Assembly (NCBI GenBank): GCA_050287085.1
Contig: JBNKBE010000001.1
Span: 224,001-288,000 of the forward strand
DNA: 64,000 nucleotides
Direction: 5' to 3'
Source: Polyangiaceae bacterium
GTDB lineage: Bacteria > Myxococcota_A > Polyangia > Polyangiales > Polyangiaceae
In this document: one piece after another, positions 38,935 to 48,057 of the stretch
How the letters are laid out: each line of letters begins with the position of its first letter
Position numbering within the stretch: position 1 is the first letter of the stretch
Position numbers and translations under genes: made by a program
The notes under the pieces: generated by a model
Database searches by the model: none
What the model saw: the letters and a program-made list of their open reading frames with translations, nothing else
Told to the model about the DNA's origin: nothing

Positions 38935-39024
38935 CCAGCTAGCCTAGTGAACCCAGCTAGCCTAGTGAACCCAGCTAGCCTAGTGAACCCAGCTAGCCTA
39001 GTGAACCCAGCTAGCCTAGTGAAC
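38935..39024. repeat. Perfect tandem repeat 18 bp x5
   Basis: (CCAGCTAGCCTAGTGAAC)5, no spacers. Confidence 0.97.
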
Positions 39025-39038
39025 AAGTAGGGCGACCG

Positions 39039-39638
39039 CTAGCGCGCGCGACGCACCAAACCCGCGAGGGCGCGGGCGCTGGGCAATTCAGCCTTGGAAA
39101 GCCACGCGCGCAGTAGCTCGATCACCTCGCCATCCCACAACGGCGATAACCGCACGGTGAGAAACTCTTCGTATTGCTCATCCAGCAAGGTGAACAACAA
39201 CTCCAGCAGGCGCAGCCGTTCGAGATATGCCTCATGACTGTCGTCGTTGATGACCTGTGGTAGCTTGACCGCGGCAAGCGAATAGGTCGGCGCGTCAAAC
39301 GTAAAAGAAAACTCTTGCCCCTCGTACGTGATGGTGATTCGCGCGCGCACCGGCCACTTGTTTTGCGAGAGCGAAAGCTTGGCTTCGGGCGTCGCCGTGG
39401 GTGCAACCCCCCGAAACACGATCCGCTCGGCGGCGTCCGACATGCTGCGGAGTTCGAGGGACGAGTCGAGCCACAGCTCCATCGGGCTGCCATCAGCCCG
39501 CTTGATCGTAGCTTCCAGCGCTTCGGCCTTGAACCACAACCAGGCGAGAAACTCCGTGCCTAGAAAGCGCGTGGTCTCCACCCGCTCCACGAGTTCGGGC
39601 TCATGCTCGCTCGAAACTGAGGGCGCTTCACTCTCCAC
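39039..39638 (-). CDS. RdgC-like protein, second (C-terminal-like) half
   Basis: FLGTEFLAWLWF, EAKLSL, YLERLRLLE motifs of deltaproteobacterial split RdgC-like proteins; start uncertain. Confidence 0.6.
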   Translation of the reverse strand: MESEAPSVSSEHEPELVERVETTRFLGTEFLAWLWFKAEALEATIKRADGSPMELWLDSSLELRSMSDAAERIVFRGVAPTATPEAKLSLSQNKWPVRARITITYEGQEFSFTFDAPTYSLAAVKLPQVINDDSHEAYLERLRLLELLFTLLDEQYEEFLTVRLSPLWDGEVIELLRAWLSKAELPSARALAGLVRRAR

Positions 39639-40263
39639 GTTCGGTCTCCTTGCTCGTTTGAACCGACGACTGCTCGATCTGCGATGCCCCTTCCAAGCGA
39701 GGCGCCGGGACAAGCTCGCGCGCCACGATGAAAGGACTCGCTTCGTGCAGCGTCAGACTGAACGTCTGCTCAAATAGCTGAGTCAGATCTTCCTTGGCTC
39801 GCGCCGAACGGTTCCAGAACCACAACACACCACTGTCGACGAGCCACACCACGTCGGAATGACGGGTGGTCGGTATCAGCTTGCGTTTCAGCTTGCGCGT
39901 GATGCGAAACTTGAGTTCATCCTTCTCCCGCTTGGTGAGCTTCTCGCGCCCGGTCTGGGCTAACTTCAAGGTCTTGGCCTCGTTGAAGTGCGCATTGAAG
40001 AGCGCCCGCGGAATACTCCATTTGTCGACGCGAAAGCCAAGCGTGACTGCCGTCTCAGAGAAGAGCTTCTGTGCGCTCAGATCAAGGTCCAGGGCGTCGC
40101 CGGGCACACACCACCCCACCCGCTCTTCTTCCTCGCAATCGGCGGTTAACGGCTGCATCGCACGCAGCCGGATGCTCTTGAGAAAGCGGTCCTGGTAGCG
40201 CGCGGGCAACTCCCCTTGCACGAAGAAGCGACTGATGGTGATCGAGCCCGAAATTGCACCCAC
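39628..40263 (-). CDS. RdgC-like protein, first (N-terminal-like) half
   Basis: GSITISRFFV, ERVGW, FRVDKWSIP, KLTKREKDELK, LFEQTFSL. Confidence 0.65.
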   Translation of the reverse strand: MGAISGSITISRFFVQGELPARYQDRFLKSIRLRAMQPLTADCEEEERVGWCVPGDALDLDLSAQKLFSETAVTLGFRVDKWSIPRALFNAHFNEAKTLKLAQTGREKLTKREKDELKFRITRKLKRKLIPTTRHSDVVWLVDSGVLWFWNRSARAKEDLTQLFEQTFSLTLHEASPFIVARELVPAPRLEGASQIEQSSVQTSKETERGE

Positions 40264-40430
40264 GAGCTGTCGTCTACTGGTGACCCTCTCGGGGGTCAAC
40301 CCGGAAGCCCACGACCGCGTGGCCGCCCGCATCGTCGCCCCTGCGCGCCGGCCAGCCCACATGGGTACCCCCGTCCGTGATCCGGCGCGCCGCTGGACGA
40401 GGACGGTCGCCTCAATCGCGCTCGGCGCCT

Positions 40431-40457
40431 TAAAGTCACGTAGGCGTCCGCCGTTAC
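40431..40457 (+). promoter_or_regulatory. Sigma-28-type promoter, probably giving a leaderless cheY-like mRNA
   Basis: TAAA-N15-GCCGTTAC then 7 nt to the ATG at 40465; no SD. Confidence 0.7.
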
Positions 40458-40464
40458 TGACATC

Positions 40465-40824
40465 ATGCGAATACTTGTAGTCGACGACAGTCGGGCCATG
40501 CGCATGATCGTCAAACGCACCTTGCGCCAAGCCGGCTATGGCAACCACACCGTCGAAGAGGCCGAAGACGGCAAAGTGGCGCTGGACATGATCCGAGCAA
40601 ACCCGCCGGACTTGGTCCTAACCGACTGGAATATGCCCAACATGACCGGGCTTGAGTTGCTCGAGGCACTCAGGGGCGGACCCAAGGTCAAGGTGGGCAT
40701 GGTCACCACGGAAAGCACCGCCGAGATGCGGGCCAAAGCCACCGAAGCCGGCGCGCTCTTTCTCATCACGAAGCCTTTCACTGCCGATTCCTTCAAGGCG
40801 GCGCTCGACCCGGTGATGCAGTAG
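40465..40824 (+). CDS. Single-domain CheY-like response regulator
   Basis: ILVVDDS, DWNMPNMTG, VTTE, ITKPF. Confidence 0.92.
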   Translation: MRILVVDDSRAMRMIVKRTLRQAGYGNHTVEEAEDGKVALDMIRANPPDLVLTDWNMPNMTGLELLEALRGGPKVKVGMVTTESTAEMRAKATEAGALFLITKPFTADSFKAALDPVMQ

Positions 40825-40899
40825 CCGCTCCGACCGGCAAGCGCCCTCATGACGGCGTCGCTTCCGGTCCTCGATTGGCTGTAGGGTACGTTCATACCT

Positions 40900-41937
40900 A
40901 TGCGCGGCGATGTTCTCAGCGGTGGCTCACCCAAGCGCCTCCAACAGTCAAATGGACAGTGGACCCTTGAGGTCGTCCGCCAAGTTGCAGTCGATAGTAG
41001 CGTTTACCGCCCCCACAGCCAGCTACTGGAGGGGCCTGAACTCATCCTCCGCTATCTCAAACGCAACCCGACCCACCATCGCCTAGCGGAATCTGCGCTG
41101 CGTCTGCTCAAGTCGCAGGTCGAGGACGGAGAAGCCACCTTTGAAGCCGTCAACGGCGAGTGGCTTCCTGCGACGTCGGGCAAGGCCGATTTCGAGCGAA
41201 CCCGAAAGAGCAAAGAGATTGCGGCCCGGCGTTCCCAATACGTGCAGCTGCTCGAACTCCGTGCCGAGCACATTCGCCTGCAGCACGCCCATACGGCGCT
41301 GCTCAAGAAGGTGATGCAGCTCGCCCAGGCCGTTGCCGAAAACACCGAGGAGATCGACCGCCTGAAGAAGCAGGGGCCCGTGGTTATCCAGGCCCCAGTC
41401 CAAGAGGTCGCAAAACCCGAGTCGCTAGCCCCTGAGGAGCCGGAAGACATGGCTCCGTTGTCGACCGACACCCCAACGATGCTGCTGCCGGAGGCCTCCG
41501 ACCTGGTGCGTTGCATCGAGCAGCTCATCGGCGGCGATGCCACAGCCAAAGAATCCGCGGGCACGTTCAACATCACAGCAAGCAGCCGGCACATCTTCAT
41601 GTCAACGCTGGTCGACGACGAAGATCACGTGGTCGGAGCCGTAGCCATGGACCTCAAAGCCACGGTCTACCTGGGCGGTACGCTGTTAATGGTACCGGAT
41701 GGTGAGCTGATAGATCAGGTCAAGCGGCAGGCTCCTTCCGAAGACTCGATCGCGGCAAGCTCCGAGGTCTGTAACTCTCTGAGCGGCTCCGTGAACAACC
41801 TTCCGGAGAACATTCATGTGCGCACCAACTTCCTCGAACCACTCAACTTCGCTGAGCAGTCGTGGGTCGCCAAACCACGCTCGCGGGTAGTGCTGGAAGA
41901 CAGCTTCGGCGGACACATCGCGCTCCTTGCCAAATAG
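40900..41937 (+). CDS. Hypothetical protein: coiled coil plus C-terminal CheC/CheX-like domain
   Basis: Central coiled coil; C-terminal YLGGTLLMVP...SEVCNSLSG (ExxN) downstream of a cheY-like gene. Confidence 0.55.
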   Translation: MRGDVLSGGSPKRLQQSNGQWTLEVVRQVAVDSSVYRPHSQLLEGPELILRYLKRNPTHHRLAESALRLLKSQVEDGEATFEAVNGEWLPATSGKADFERTRKSKEIAARRSQYVQLLELRAEHIRLQHAHTALLKKVMQLAQAVAENTEEIDRLKKQGPVVIQAPVQEVAKPESLAPEEPEDMAPLSTDTPTMLLPEASDLVRCIEQLIGGDATAKESAGTFNITASSRHIFMSTLVDDEDHVVGAVAMDLKATVYLGGTLLMVPDGELIDQVKRQAPSEDSIAASSEVCNSLSGSVNNLPENIHVRTNFLEPLNFAEQSWVAKPRSRVVLEDSFGGHIALLAK

Positions 41938-41972
41938 CGCGCCCCTGATGCGCCGCCACAGCCAAGACGCAG

Positions 41973-43064
41973 CTAAGCCGCAGCCATCATAATGCGGTCC
42001 CTGCCGCTCGACTTCGCCTCGTACAGCGCCCGGTCGGCGCGGGCCAGCCATTCGCTGGGCGACTCCCCAAAGCCGAGTGGTGCGATGCCCACGGAGAGCG
42101 TGTACTCTATCTCGTCGCCACGAGCCTGCACGGGAGTCTCTCGCACAGCGTTGCAAAGTCGAGTCGCCAGCATCTGCGCGCTAGGTAGGTCTGTGTCCAC
42201 AACGACAACGGCAAACTCCTCCCCCCCGTAGCGAGCCACGAAGTCTTGCTTGCGCAGAAAGGTGCGCGCCAACTGCTTGCCCAAGTCCTTCAGAACCGTA
42301 TCGCCTGCCGGGTGTCCGTAGCGATCGTTGATTCTCTTGAAGTGATCGATGTCGACCATCATGAGACAAGGCGGCTGAGCAAATAGAAGCCCGAGGTCCG
42401 CTACGCGAGTGAGGTGCGCATCGAGTGCTCCGCGATTGCTCAGCTGGGTTAGAGCGTCTGTCGTCGCCGCTTCCCGCGCTTCCAGAAGTTCCGCCCTCAG
42501 ATAGCGCAGACGCTCGGCGAGCAGCTTCAACTGCTTCTGCTCGCGACTGCGACGCTGCGAAATCGCCTCGCTCACAGTCTCAATAACAACCCCGGCTTCC
42601 CTCCGAATGCGCTCCGCGTCGTTGGCCGAAAGCGCTTCCGACAAGGCCTGAACACGCTGGCCAACCTGCTGGTCGCTGCGCCGATCGCCGGCCGCGGACG
42701 AGGTCAAACACTGAGCAAAGCTGTGTACCGCTTGCCTCAAGTTTCCCAAGCTGGCCCGAACGTACTCGCTCTCCCGCTTGCGGTGTTCCGCGAAGAACGT
42801 TCTCACGGCACGCCAGTCGCGAATGATACCGGATGGGGGTCCGTCTTCCGACTGTGGCTTCCTCTCCCCTATCAGCAGCGCCTCTGCCTGTCGTTCGCAC
42901 CCTGCCGCGATTTCCTCGGCGCTCTCATCGTCGAGATCAAAGGCGAATTTTCCGTAGCTGCGCAGCACCGCAGCCAGCGTGTCAACCGCCTGCGTGAGTC
43001 GATCCCCCGTGGGTATTGACTCCGGACTCTTGCTATCCTTGCTTCGACGCCAGATCATGACCAC
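41973..43064 (-). CDS. Cytoplasmic diguanylate cyclase
   Basis: Helical N-terminus; TDALT, DIDHFK.IND.YGH..GD, RKQD I-site, RYGGEEF. Confidence 0.93.
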   Translation of the reverse strand: MVMIWRRSKDSKSPESIPTGDRLTQAVDTLAAVLRSYGKFAFDLDDESAEEIAAGCERQAEALLIGERKPQSEDGPPSGIIRDWRAVRTFFAEHRKRESEYVRASLGNLRQAVHSFAQCLTSSAAGDRRSDQQVGQRVQALSEALSANDAERIRREAGVVIETVSEAISQRRSREQKQLKLLAERLRYLRAELLEAREAATTDALTQLSNRGALDAHLTRVADLGLLFAQPPCLMMVDIDHFKRINDRYGHPAGDTVLKDLGKQLARTFLRKQDFVARYGGEEFAVVVVDTDLPSAQMLATRLCNAVRETPVQARGDEIEYTLSVGIAPLGFGESPSEWLARADRALYEAKSSGRDRIMMAAA

Positions 43065-43117
43065 TAATCAAAACGGCCCAATTGGGAAAATCGCGAGGGT
43101 GGGGGTAGCAGAACACC

Positions 43118-43144
43118 TAAAGAAGCCGGCGGATTGACCGATCC
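43118..43144 (+). promoter_or_regulatory. Sigma-28-type promoter of the FHA gene
   Basis: TAAA-N15-ACCGATCC ending 10 nt before the GTG at 43155. Confidence 0.6.
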
Positions 43145-43154
43145 AAAATGAGAC

Positions 43155-43664
43155 GTGCGGAGCCTCCAACAATACGCAGCTATGCTGCGACGTATGGGTA
43201 AGCGCGAGTTTCAGTCCCAGTATGGAAAGCCAGCGCTGGTAGGATTGGGGCTCATAGCGCAGGTGGACACGACGTCTGGCTACCGCGAAACTGGAACCCT
43301 GACGATGGCTGCCCCAGGTCCTGAGGTTCTGCCTGCCACCGTGGTCGGCCGTGCTTGGCTCATTACCAAGGGCCCCGAGGGTCCGGCTGGTCCCGCTATC
43401 ACAGCCGGTCGCAGCGCCTACAACGACATTGTGATCCCCGAATACACGGTGTCGCACCGACACTGCCAATTTCGCTACGAACCGGGGAGAATTCTGCTCA
43501 GCGACCTCGGCTCTTTCAACGGCACCTTCCACAACGGGCAGCGGGTCAACACGACCGATCGAGTCAAGCTTCGCCCTCACGACCAGATCGCGATGGGGCG
43601 CTACCTGTTTGGCTACATCAGCGCCGAGGAGTTCATGAGCAGCGTCGAAGGATTGGCCGCTTAG
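43155..43664 (+). CDS. FHA domain protein
   Basis: AGRSAYNDIVI, VSHRHC, DLGSFNGT. Confidence 0.88.
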   Translation: MRSLQQYAAMLRRMGKREFQSQYGKPALVGLGLIAQVDTTSGYRETGTLTMAAPGPEVLPATVVGRAWLITKGPEGPAGPAITAGRSAYNDIVIPEYTVSHRHCQFRYEPGRILLSDLGSFNGTFHNGQRVNTTDRVKLRPHDQIAMGRYLFGYISAEEFMSSVEGLAA

Positions 43665-43951
43665 GGCGAGGAGCACAGCGACGAGCCCGCCCGCTGCAGC
43701 AAGAGGCTCGGCCGGCGCGGTAGAACCTTCCCGTCCGCGGGCCCTCAGAACCGCGTCGGGGCGGCCTCACCCTTTGTGGTCGAAGCGACGGGGCAGTGGT
43801 GCTTTCAGATCGGCCCCTGGGCAGCCGGCCAACTGGCCTATAATGCAGCACCGGTTCGGGCCGGGCGTAGACAAGAGGGTCGCATCGACCTCGGGGTGGC
43901 TTTGCCATTGGTCTCGGCGCGTTGCCATCTGGTAATGCTCCGCGTCTGGAA

Positions 43952-45055
43952 ATGAGCACTAGCACGCGCGACTTCTTGGTTTTCAACGACGACAAGCTGG
44001 CGGCCAAATACGGTGACGAAGCGCTCCCGATGTCCGTGCTCTATGAGAGCTACTTCGACGGAGACATCGATATCACAGGCGACCTGCTGGAGGTCTTGCG
44101 GCATCGCCACGAGTTCCTGAAGTTCAACATCACCCGTCAGAACCTGCAATGGGCGGTGACCAACTTCGTGCCGGACATGGTCCACACCCGGCAGCAAGAC
44201 GAACGCTTGGTACGCGAAACCTATGATCGCGGTCTGGACATGTTCCAATGGCTGACGGGCAATACACTGTGCCTCAGTGCCGGTCGCTTCTCCTCCCCGG
44301 ACGCCAGCCTCGAGCAAGCGCAGCAAACCCAGTTCGAGCACATCGGACGAGTATTGGATCTTTCATCCGGAGATCGATTTCTCGATCTAGGCTGTGGATG
44401 GGGTGCGCTGGGAGAACACATCATCACCCACTTCGGTGCAGACACCACACTGTCGACGCTGTCAGAAGAACAAGCGGCCTATGCAGAACGCCGCATTGGC
44501 GCCGCCGTCAGCGACGGTAAAGCACGTGTGCTGCGGACCAGCTACCGAGAGCTCGCTCCGGAAGTGCCATTCGATAAGATCTCTTGCGTTGAAATGGTGC
44601 AGCACGTCGGACTGAAGAATCTCTCCGCGTTCTGCGAGCGTGTTCACGACATCTTGGCTGACGACGGCAAGCTGCTGCTGCAGTGGACGGGCATCCGTCG
44701 AACCCTCCGACAGGAAGAGTTGATCTGGGGCCTTTTCGTCAGCAAGTACATCTTTCCCGGTGCCGACGCATCGCTTCCACCGGCATCCATGTGCAAAGCC
44801 TTGGAAAAGGCCGGGTTCGAATTGATGGAACTCACCAACGTGAGTGCGCATTACATCCACACGCTACAAGCCTTTAGGAAGAACTGGCTTCATCATCGCG
44901 AAGTGATCTTGTCGACCTATGGCGAGCGTTGGTTCCGGATCTGGAACCTCTACCTGTCGTGGTCCATTCTAGTGGCCGAAGCCGGCGGGGCATCTTGTTA
45001 CCAGGCCGTACTCTGCAAGAACGCTGCGTCCCTAGATCGCACCCGTTGGCTGTGA
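43952..45055 (+). CDS. SAM-dependent lipid methyltransferase (CFA synthase / sphingolipid C9-methyltransferase-like)
   Basis: FLDLGCGWG, TLSEEQ, FDKISCVEM, KYIFPG, YGERWFRIW.LYLSW; N-terminal LYESYFDGDID. Confidence 0.8.
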   Translation: MSTSTRDFLVFNDDKLAAKYGDEALPMSVLYESYFDGDIDITGDLLEVLRHRHEFLKFNITRQNLQWAVTNFVPDMVHTRQQDERLVRETYDRGLDMFQWLTGNTLCLSAGRFSSPDASLEQAQQTQFEHIGRVLDLSSGDRFLDLGCGWGALGEHIITHFGADTTLSTLSEEQAAYAERRIGAAVSDGKARVLRTSYRELAPEVPFDKISCVEMVQHVGLKNLSAFCERVHDILADDGKLLLQWTGIRRTLRQEELIWGLFVSKYIFPGADASLPPASMCKALEKAGFELMELTNVSAHYIHTLQAFRKNWLHHREVILSTYGERWFRIWNLYLSWSILVAEAGGASCYQAVLCKNAASLDRTRWL

Positions 45056-45126
45056 CGCACGGCTAAACAGAGCGGACGCCGTCGCCAACAGAGCCTCAGC
45101 GGCCCGCGCGCCCCCGAGAAGTCCGG

Positions 45127-45429
45127 CTAGCGACTGTCGCGGTCAAGCATGTGAACGGCTTCCGCTTCCACTTCGCTGGTCGTCTGCAGCACTTTCACGT
45201 TGGCCGCATGCAAGTGCTTGGCCAACGACAGTCCGACGAGCTCCCCCGCCAAGTCTAAGCTCGGCGCATTTTCCTGGGCCAGCTGTGCCCCCTCCGCGGA
45301 GATGGATAGGTGCGCGGAAGCCGTACCCTGTGCGATACGCGCCGCTCCCTCGTCCAACGAACGATGGGACCGTTGGATCCCGGCAAGCGCCGAAGATTGC
45401 GCGCTATTGAGTCCAGAAATCGACGCCAT
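45127..45429 (-). CDS. Small protein with flagellar basal-body rod/hook C-terminal-like motif
   Basis: SALAGIQ...AARIA at the N-terminus; DLAGELVGL...AANVKVLQT at the C-terminus. Confidence 0.65.
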   Translation of the reverse strand: MASISGLNSAQSSALAGIQRSHRSLDEGAARIAQGTASAHLSISAEGAQLAQENAPSLDLAGELVGLSLAKHLHAANVKVLQTTSEVEAEAVHMLDRDSR

Positions 45430-45436
45430 ACCCCCC

Positions 45437-45463
45437 GGAACGGCAGCTGCGACGCACCCTTGA
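45437..45463 (-). promoter_or_regulatory. Sigma-28-type promoter, probably leaderless
   Basis: TCAA-N15-GCCGTTCC then 7 nt to the ATG at 45429. Confidence 0.6.
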
Positions 45464-45831
45464 ATGATGGGAGGCATCGCGCCGCGGACGGAAGATTGCG
45501 CTGCATGGCCGCGATCTGCGACTCGCACCCCAGCGCGGGGTTCAAGAAAGCCGCGGCTAGGTCGTTCTTCCTTGAGAACTCTAGCCAACGGAGGCCGTCA
45601 TGGATGACAGCCAAGAAGTCGAGGCACGGACGCCTCACCCAAGTCGCTTCGTAACGGAACTGGAAATGCTTACCCAACTCGATCGCCTACTTTGGGAGGT
45701 GGAACGCAAACGCGCAGAGGAAGGAGGAGCCGACAAGGGCTAGCCCACAAACTTAGCCACCTGATGGCCTCGGTATCGCCGAAGCCCCGCAGGTGTTAGC
45801 CAAGTTCCTAACCCAACCCGGAATCAGCCCC

Positions 45832-47844
45832 GTGCGTGCTCACAGTCGTTCTTCTCCCCCAGCCTTCGAACGTAGGGGCTTTGGCCCCTACGAACTCGTG
45901 GACAGTCTAGCCGCGGGGGGCAACGCACGTCTGCACTTGGCGCGGCTACGAGGCAACCTCACCGCAGCACCTGTCGTGATCAAGCGTGTGCTCGCCGACC
46001 ACAACAGCCCTGAAGCCATTGGCAAGCTGATGCGGGAGGCGAGCCTGCAGCGTCGCATGGACCATCCCAACATCGTTCGGGTCAAGGACAGCGGCCTACT
46101 CGACGAAGAAGCATTCATCGCGCTCGAATTCATCGATGGCATGGACTTGCGAGCGTTGCTTGATCGCTCATCCAGCAGCGGCCAGCCCATTCCGATTAAC
46201 CTCGCGGTTTTCATCGCACAACAGCTGTGTTCCGCACTTGACGAGCTTCACCGACCCAGCGGAGGTTCCAGTCACACGCTGTACCTCATCCACGGTGACG
46301 TCTGCCCCGCGAATGTACTCTTGAGCTCGTCAGGAGACGTTAAGCTGGCCGACTTCGGACGAGCGCGCTCTCTTCGTGTCGGCGAGGCGGCAACGTCCGA
46401 AGGCGGCGCGGTCGGCCACTTTGGCTATGTGGCCCCAGAGATACTGACCGGACATGAGTTCGACCACCGCGCGGATATCTTCGCCTTGGGTGCCCTCGTG
46501 GGAGAACTGCTCATCGGACAACGCGTCTTCGCCGGGGAAGGTCATCTGGCAGTCATGCTGTCCGTGCGAGACGGCAATATTGCACCTCTGGAGAGCGCTC
46601 GAGAGCAACTCCCGAACGGACTCTTCGAGGTCTGCGCCAAAGCAATACGCACCGACCCAAACCAACGCTATTCGAGTGCAGCCGAATTTTCAGGAGCTCT
46701 ATTGCCGTTTGGCGAGCGCAGCGTGGAAGACACCAAACGCGCGCTCGGCAGCTGGGTTGGTTGGGCCAAAGACGAGTCTCGATTCGTCGAAGACCTAGAG
46801 CAGCGAATCCACGAGTCCGTGGGAACATTGCGAGCCCTGTCGCAAAGCAGCTCTGGGCTACGCGCCGTTTCCGAGGTTGATACCCCCCAGTCGAGTGTTT
46901 CTGGAGAGCATGAAGTCCGTATTCGCCGAGCGGGTCAAGAAGGCGTCGAGACTGCCTCTTTTCCGGCCCTTGTCGAGTGGCTAACGACGGGCGCACTCTC
47001 GATCGACGACGAAGTCGCCCTCTGGGACACGCCGTTTGAACGGGTCGGACGCATCCAACAACTGACGCGCTATCTGCTGGCGTCCACTACAGCCAAGACC
47101 TCACAGCAATACGCGCCGGGGCCGCCCGACCGCGTTATCGAACTGTCGGACGCGTCATTTCTTTCGTTGTTGGCAGACCTGCATCACCGCCAGGGCACCG
47201 CCACGCTATTCGTCGTCGATACCCTCGGCGAACGTGGAATCCGAAAAGACATCTACGTCCGCGATGGTCGCCTGGTCCACGTTGCCTCCTCGAATCCGCG
47301 AGAGTTGCTCGGAGAGTACCTCGTGGACAAGGGCATGATCACGCGCACCCAGCTCGAGTCAGCGCTCAAGCGCCTACGACCCGATCGCCATCTGGGAGAG
47401 CTGCTGGTCCAGCTCAATCTGGTCAGTGCCGTAGACGTCTTCACCGCGTTGCGCCACCAAGGTCGCGACCGGGTCGCCGAACTGTGCACGTGGAGCCACG
47501 GATTTGCCCAGGTCTACCAAAAGGCACCGATTCCAGAGGTGCTGTTCCCCCTTGATCTGGAGCTACCGATTGTGATCGCAGCCGGCGCGCAGCGCTGCCG
47601 CCTCACCGTCCCAGACGGAGTACGACTCCGCCCCGGGCCCCGCATTCCGCGGCCTGGCGAACAGGCGACCAGCAGCCATCTGCTGACCCATGTACCCATG
47701 ATCGCAAGACGGCAGATGAGCGGGGAGGCTGCCATAAGCGAACTGCGCGAACTCGTACCCAATGCGTCTTCGCTGGAGGTGCAGGCAGCGCTTACTGCCA
47801 CCCACGCGCTCGGTTGGATCGAATACGCACTCGGCAGCCGCTGA
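45832..47844 (+). CDS. Hanks-type Ser/Thr protein kinase with C-terminal GYF_2-like and DUF4388/MshEN-like domains
   Basis: VVIKR, HPNIV, IHGDVCPANVLL, KLADFG, YVAPE, ADIFALG; LLGEYLVDKGMITRTQL...HLGELLV; start uncertain. Confidence 0.88.
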   Translation: MRAHSRSSPPAFERRGFGPYELVDSLAAGGNARLHLARLRGNLTAAPVVIKRVLADHNSPEAIGKLMREASLQRRMDHPNIVRVKDSGLLDEEAFIALEFIDGMDLRALLDRSSSSGQPIPINLAVFIAQQLCSALDELHRPSGGSSHTLYLIHGDVCPANVLLSSSGDVKLADFGRARSLRVGEAATSEGGAVGHFGYVAPEILTGHEFDHRADIFALGALVGELLIGQRVFAGEGHLAVMLSVRDGNIAPLESAREQLPNGLFEVCAKAIRTDPNQRYSSAAEFSGALLPFGERSVEDTKRALGSWVGWAKDESRFVEDLEQRIHESVGTLRALSQSSSGLRAVSEVDTPQSSVSGEHEVRIRRAGQEGVETASFPALVEWLTTGALSIDDEVALWDTPFERVGRIQQLTRYLLASTTAKTSQQYAPGPPDRVIELSDASFLSLLADLHHRQGTATLFVVDTLGERGIRKDIYVRDGRLVHVASSNPRELLGEYLVDKGMITRTQLESALKRLRPDRHLGELLVQLNLVSAVDVFTALRHQGRDRVAELCTWSHGFAQVYQKAPIPEVLFPLDLELPIVIAAGAQRCRLTVPDGVRLRPGPRIPRPGEQATSSHLLTHVPMIARRQMSGEAAISELRELVPNASSLEVQAALTATHALGWIEYALGSR

Positions 47845-48057
47845 CGTCGCACCAGTGTCCACGCGTTTGCTGCGATCAGGCCGACTCGGTGCGTGGCAGC
47901 GACCCGATGACTCGGAACATCGAGCCGTCAAAAATGCGACGAAGCGGTAGCTCGTCAACACGCGAGCCTGCGGTGGCTCATTCGGAGACATCCCGCGCCC
48001 CGACGACTAGCGGGACGCTGGCGGGAGCGCCGGCTCCATGGCACGTTGTGCCGCGAA

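Noticed and set aside
38935..39024. Possible CRISPR array
   Set aside because: 18-bp units are contiguous with no spacers and there are no cas genes.
38721..39030. ORFs encoding PASLVN or FTRLAG repeats
   Set aside because: Open frames follow from the 18-bp period; they overlap the PhzF gene end and have no RBS or recognisable domain.
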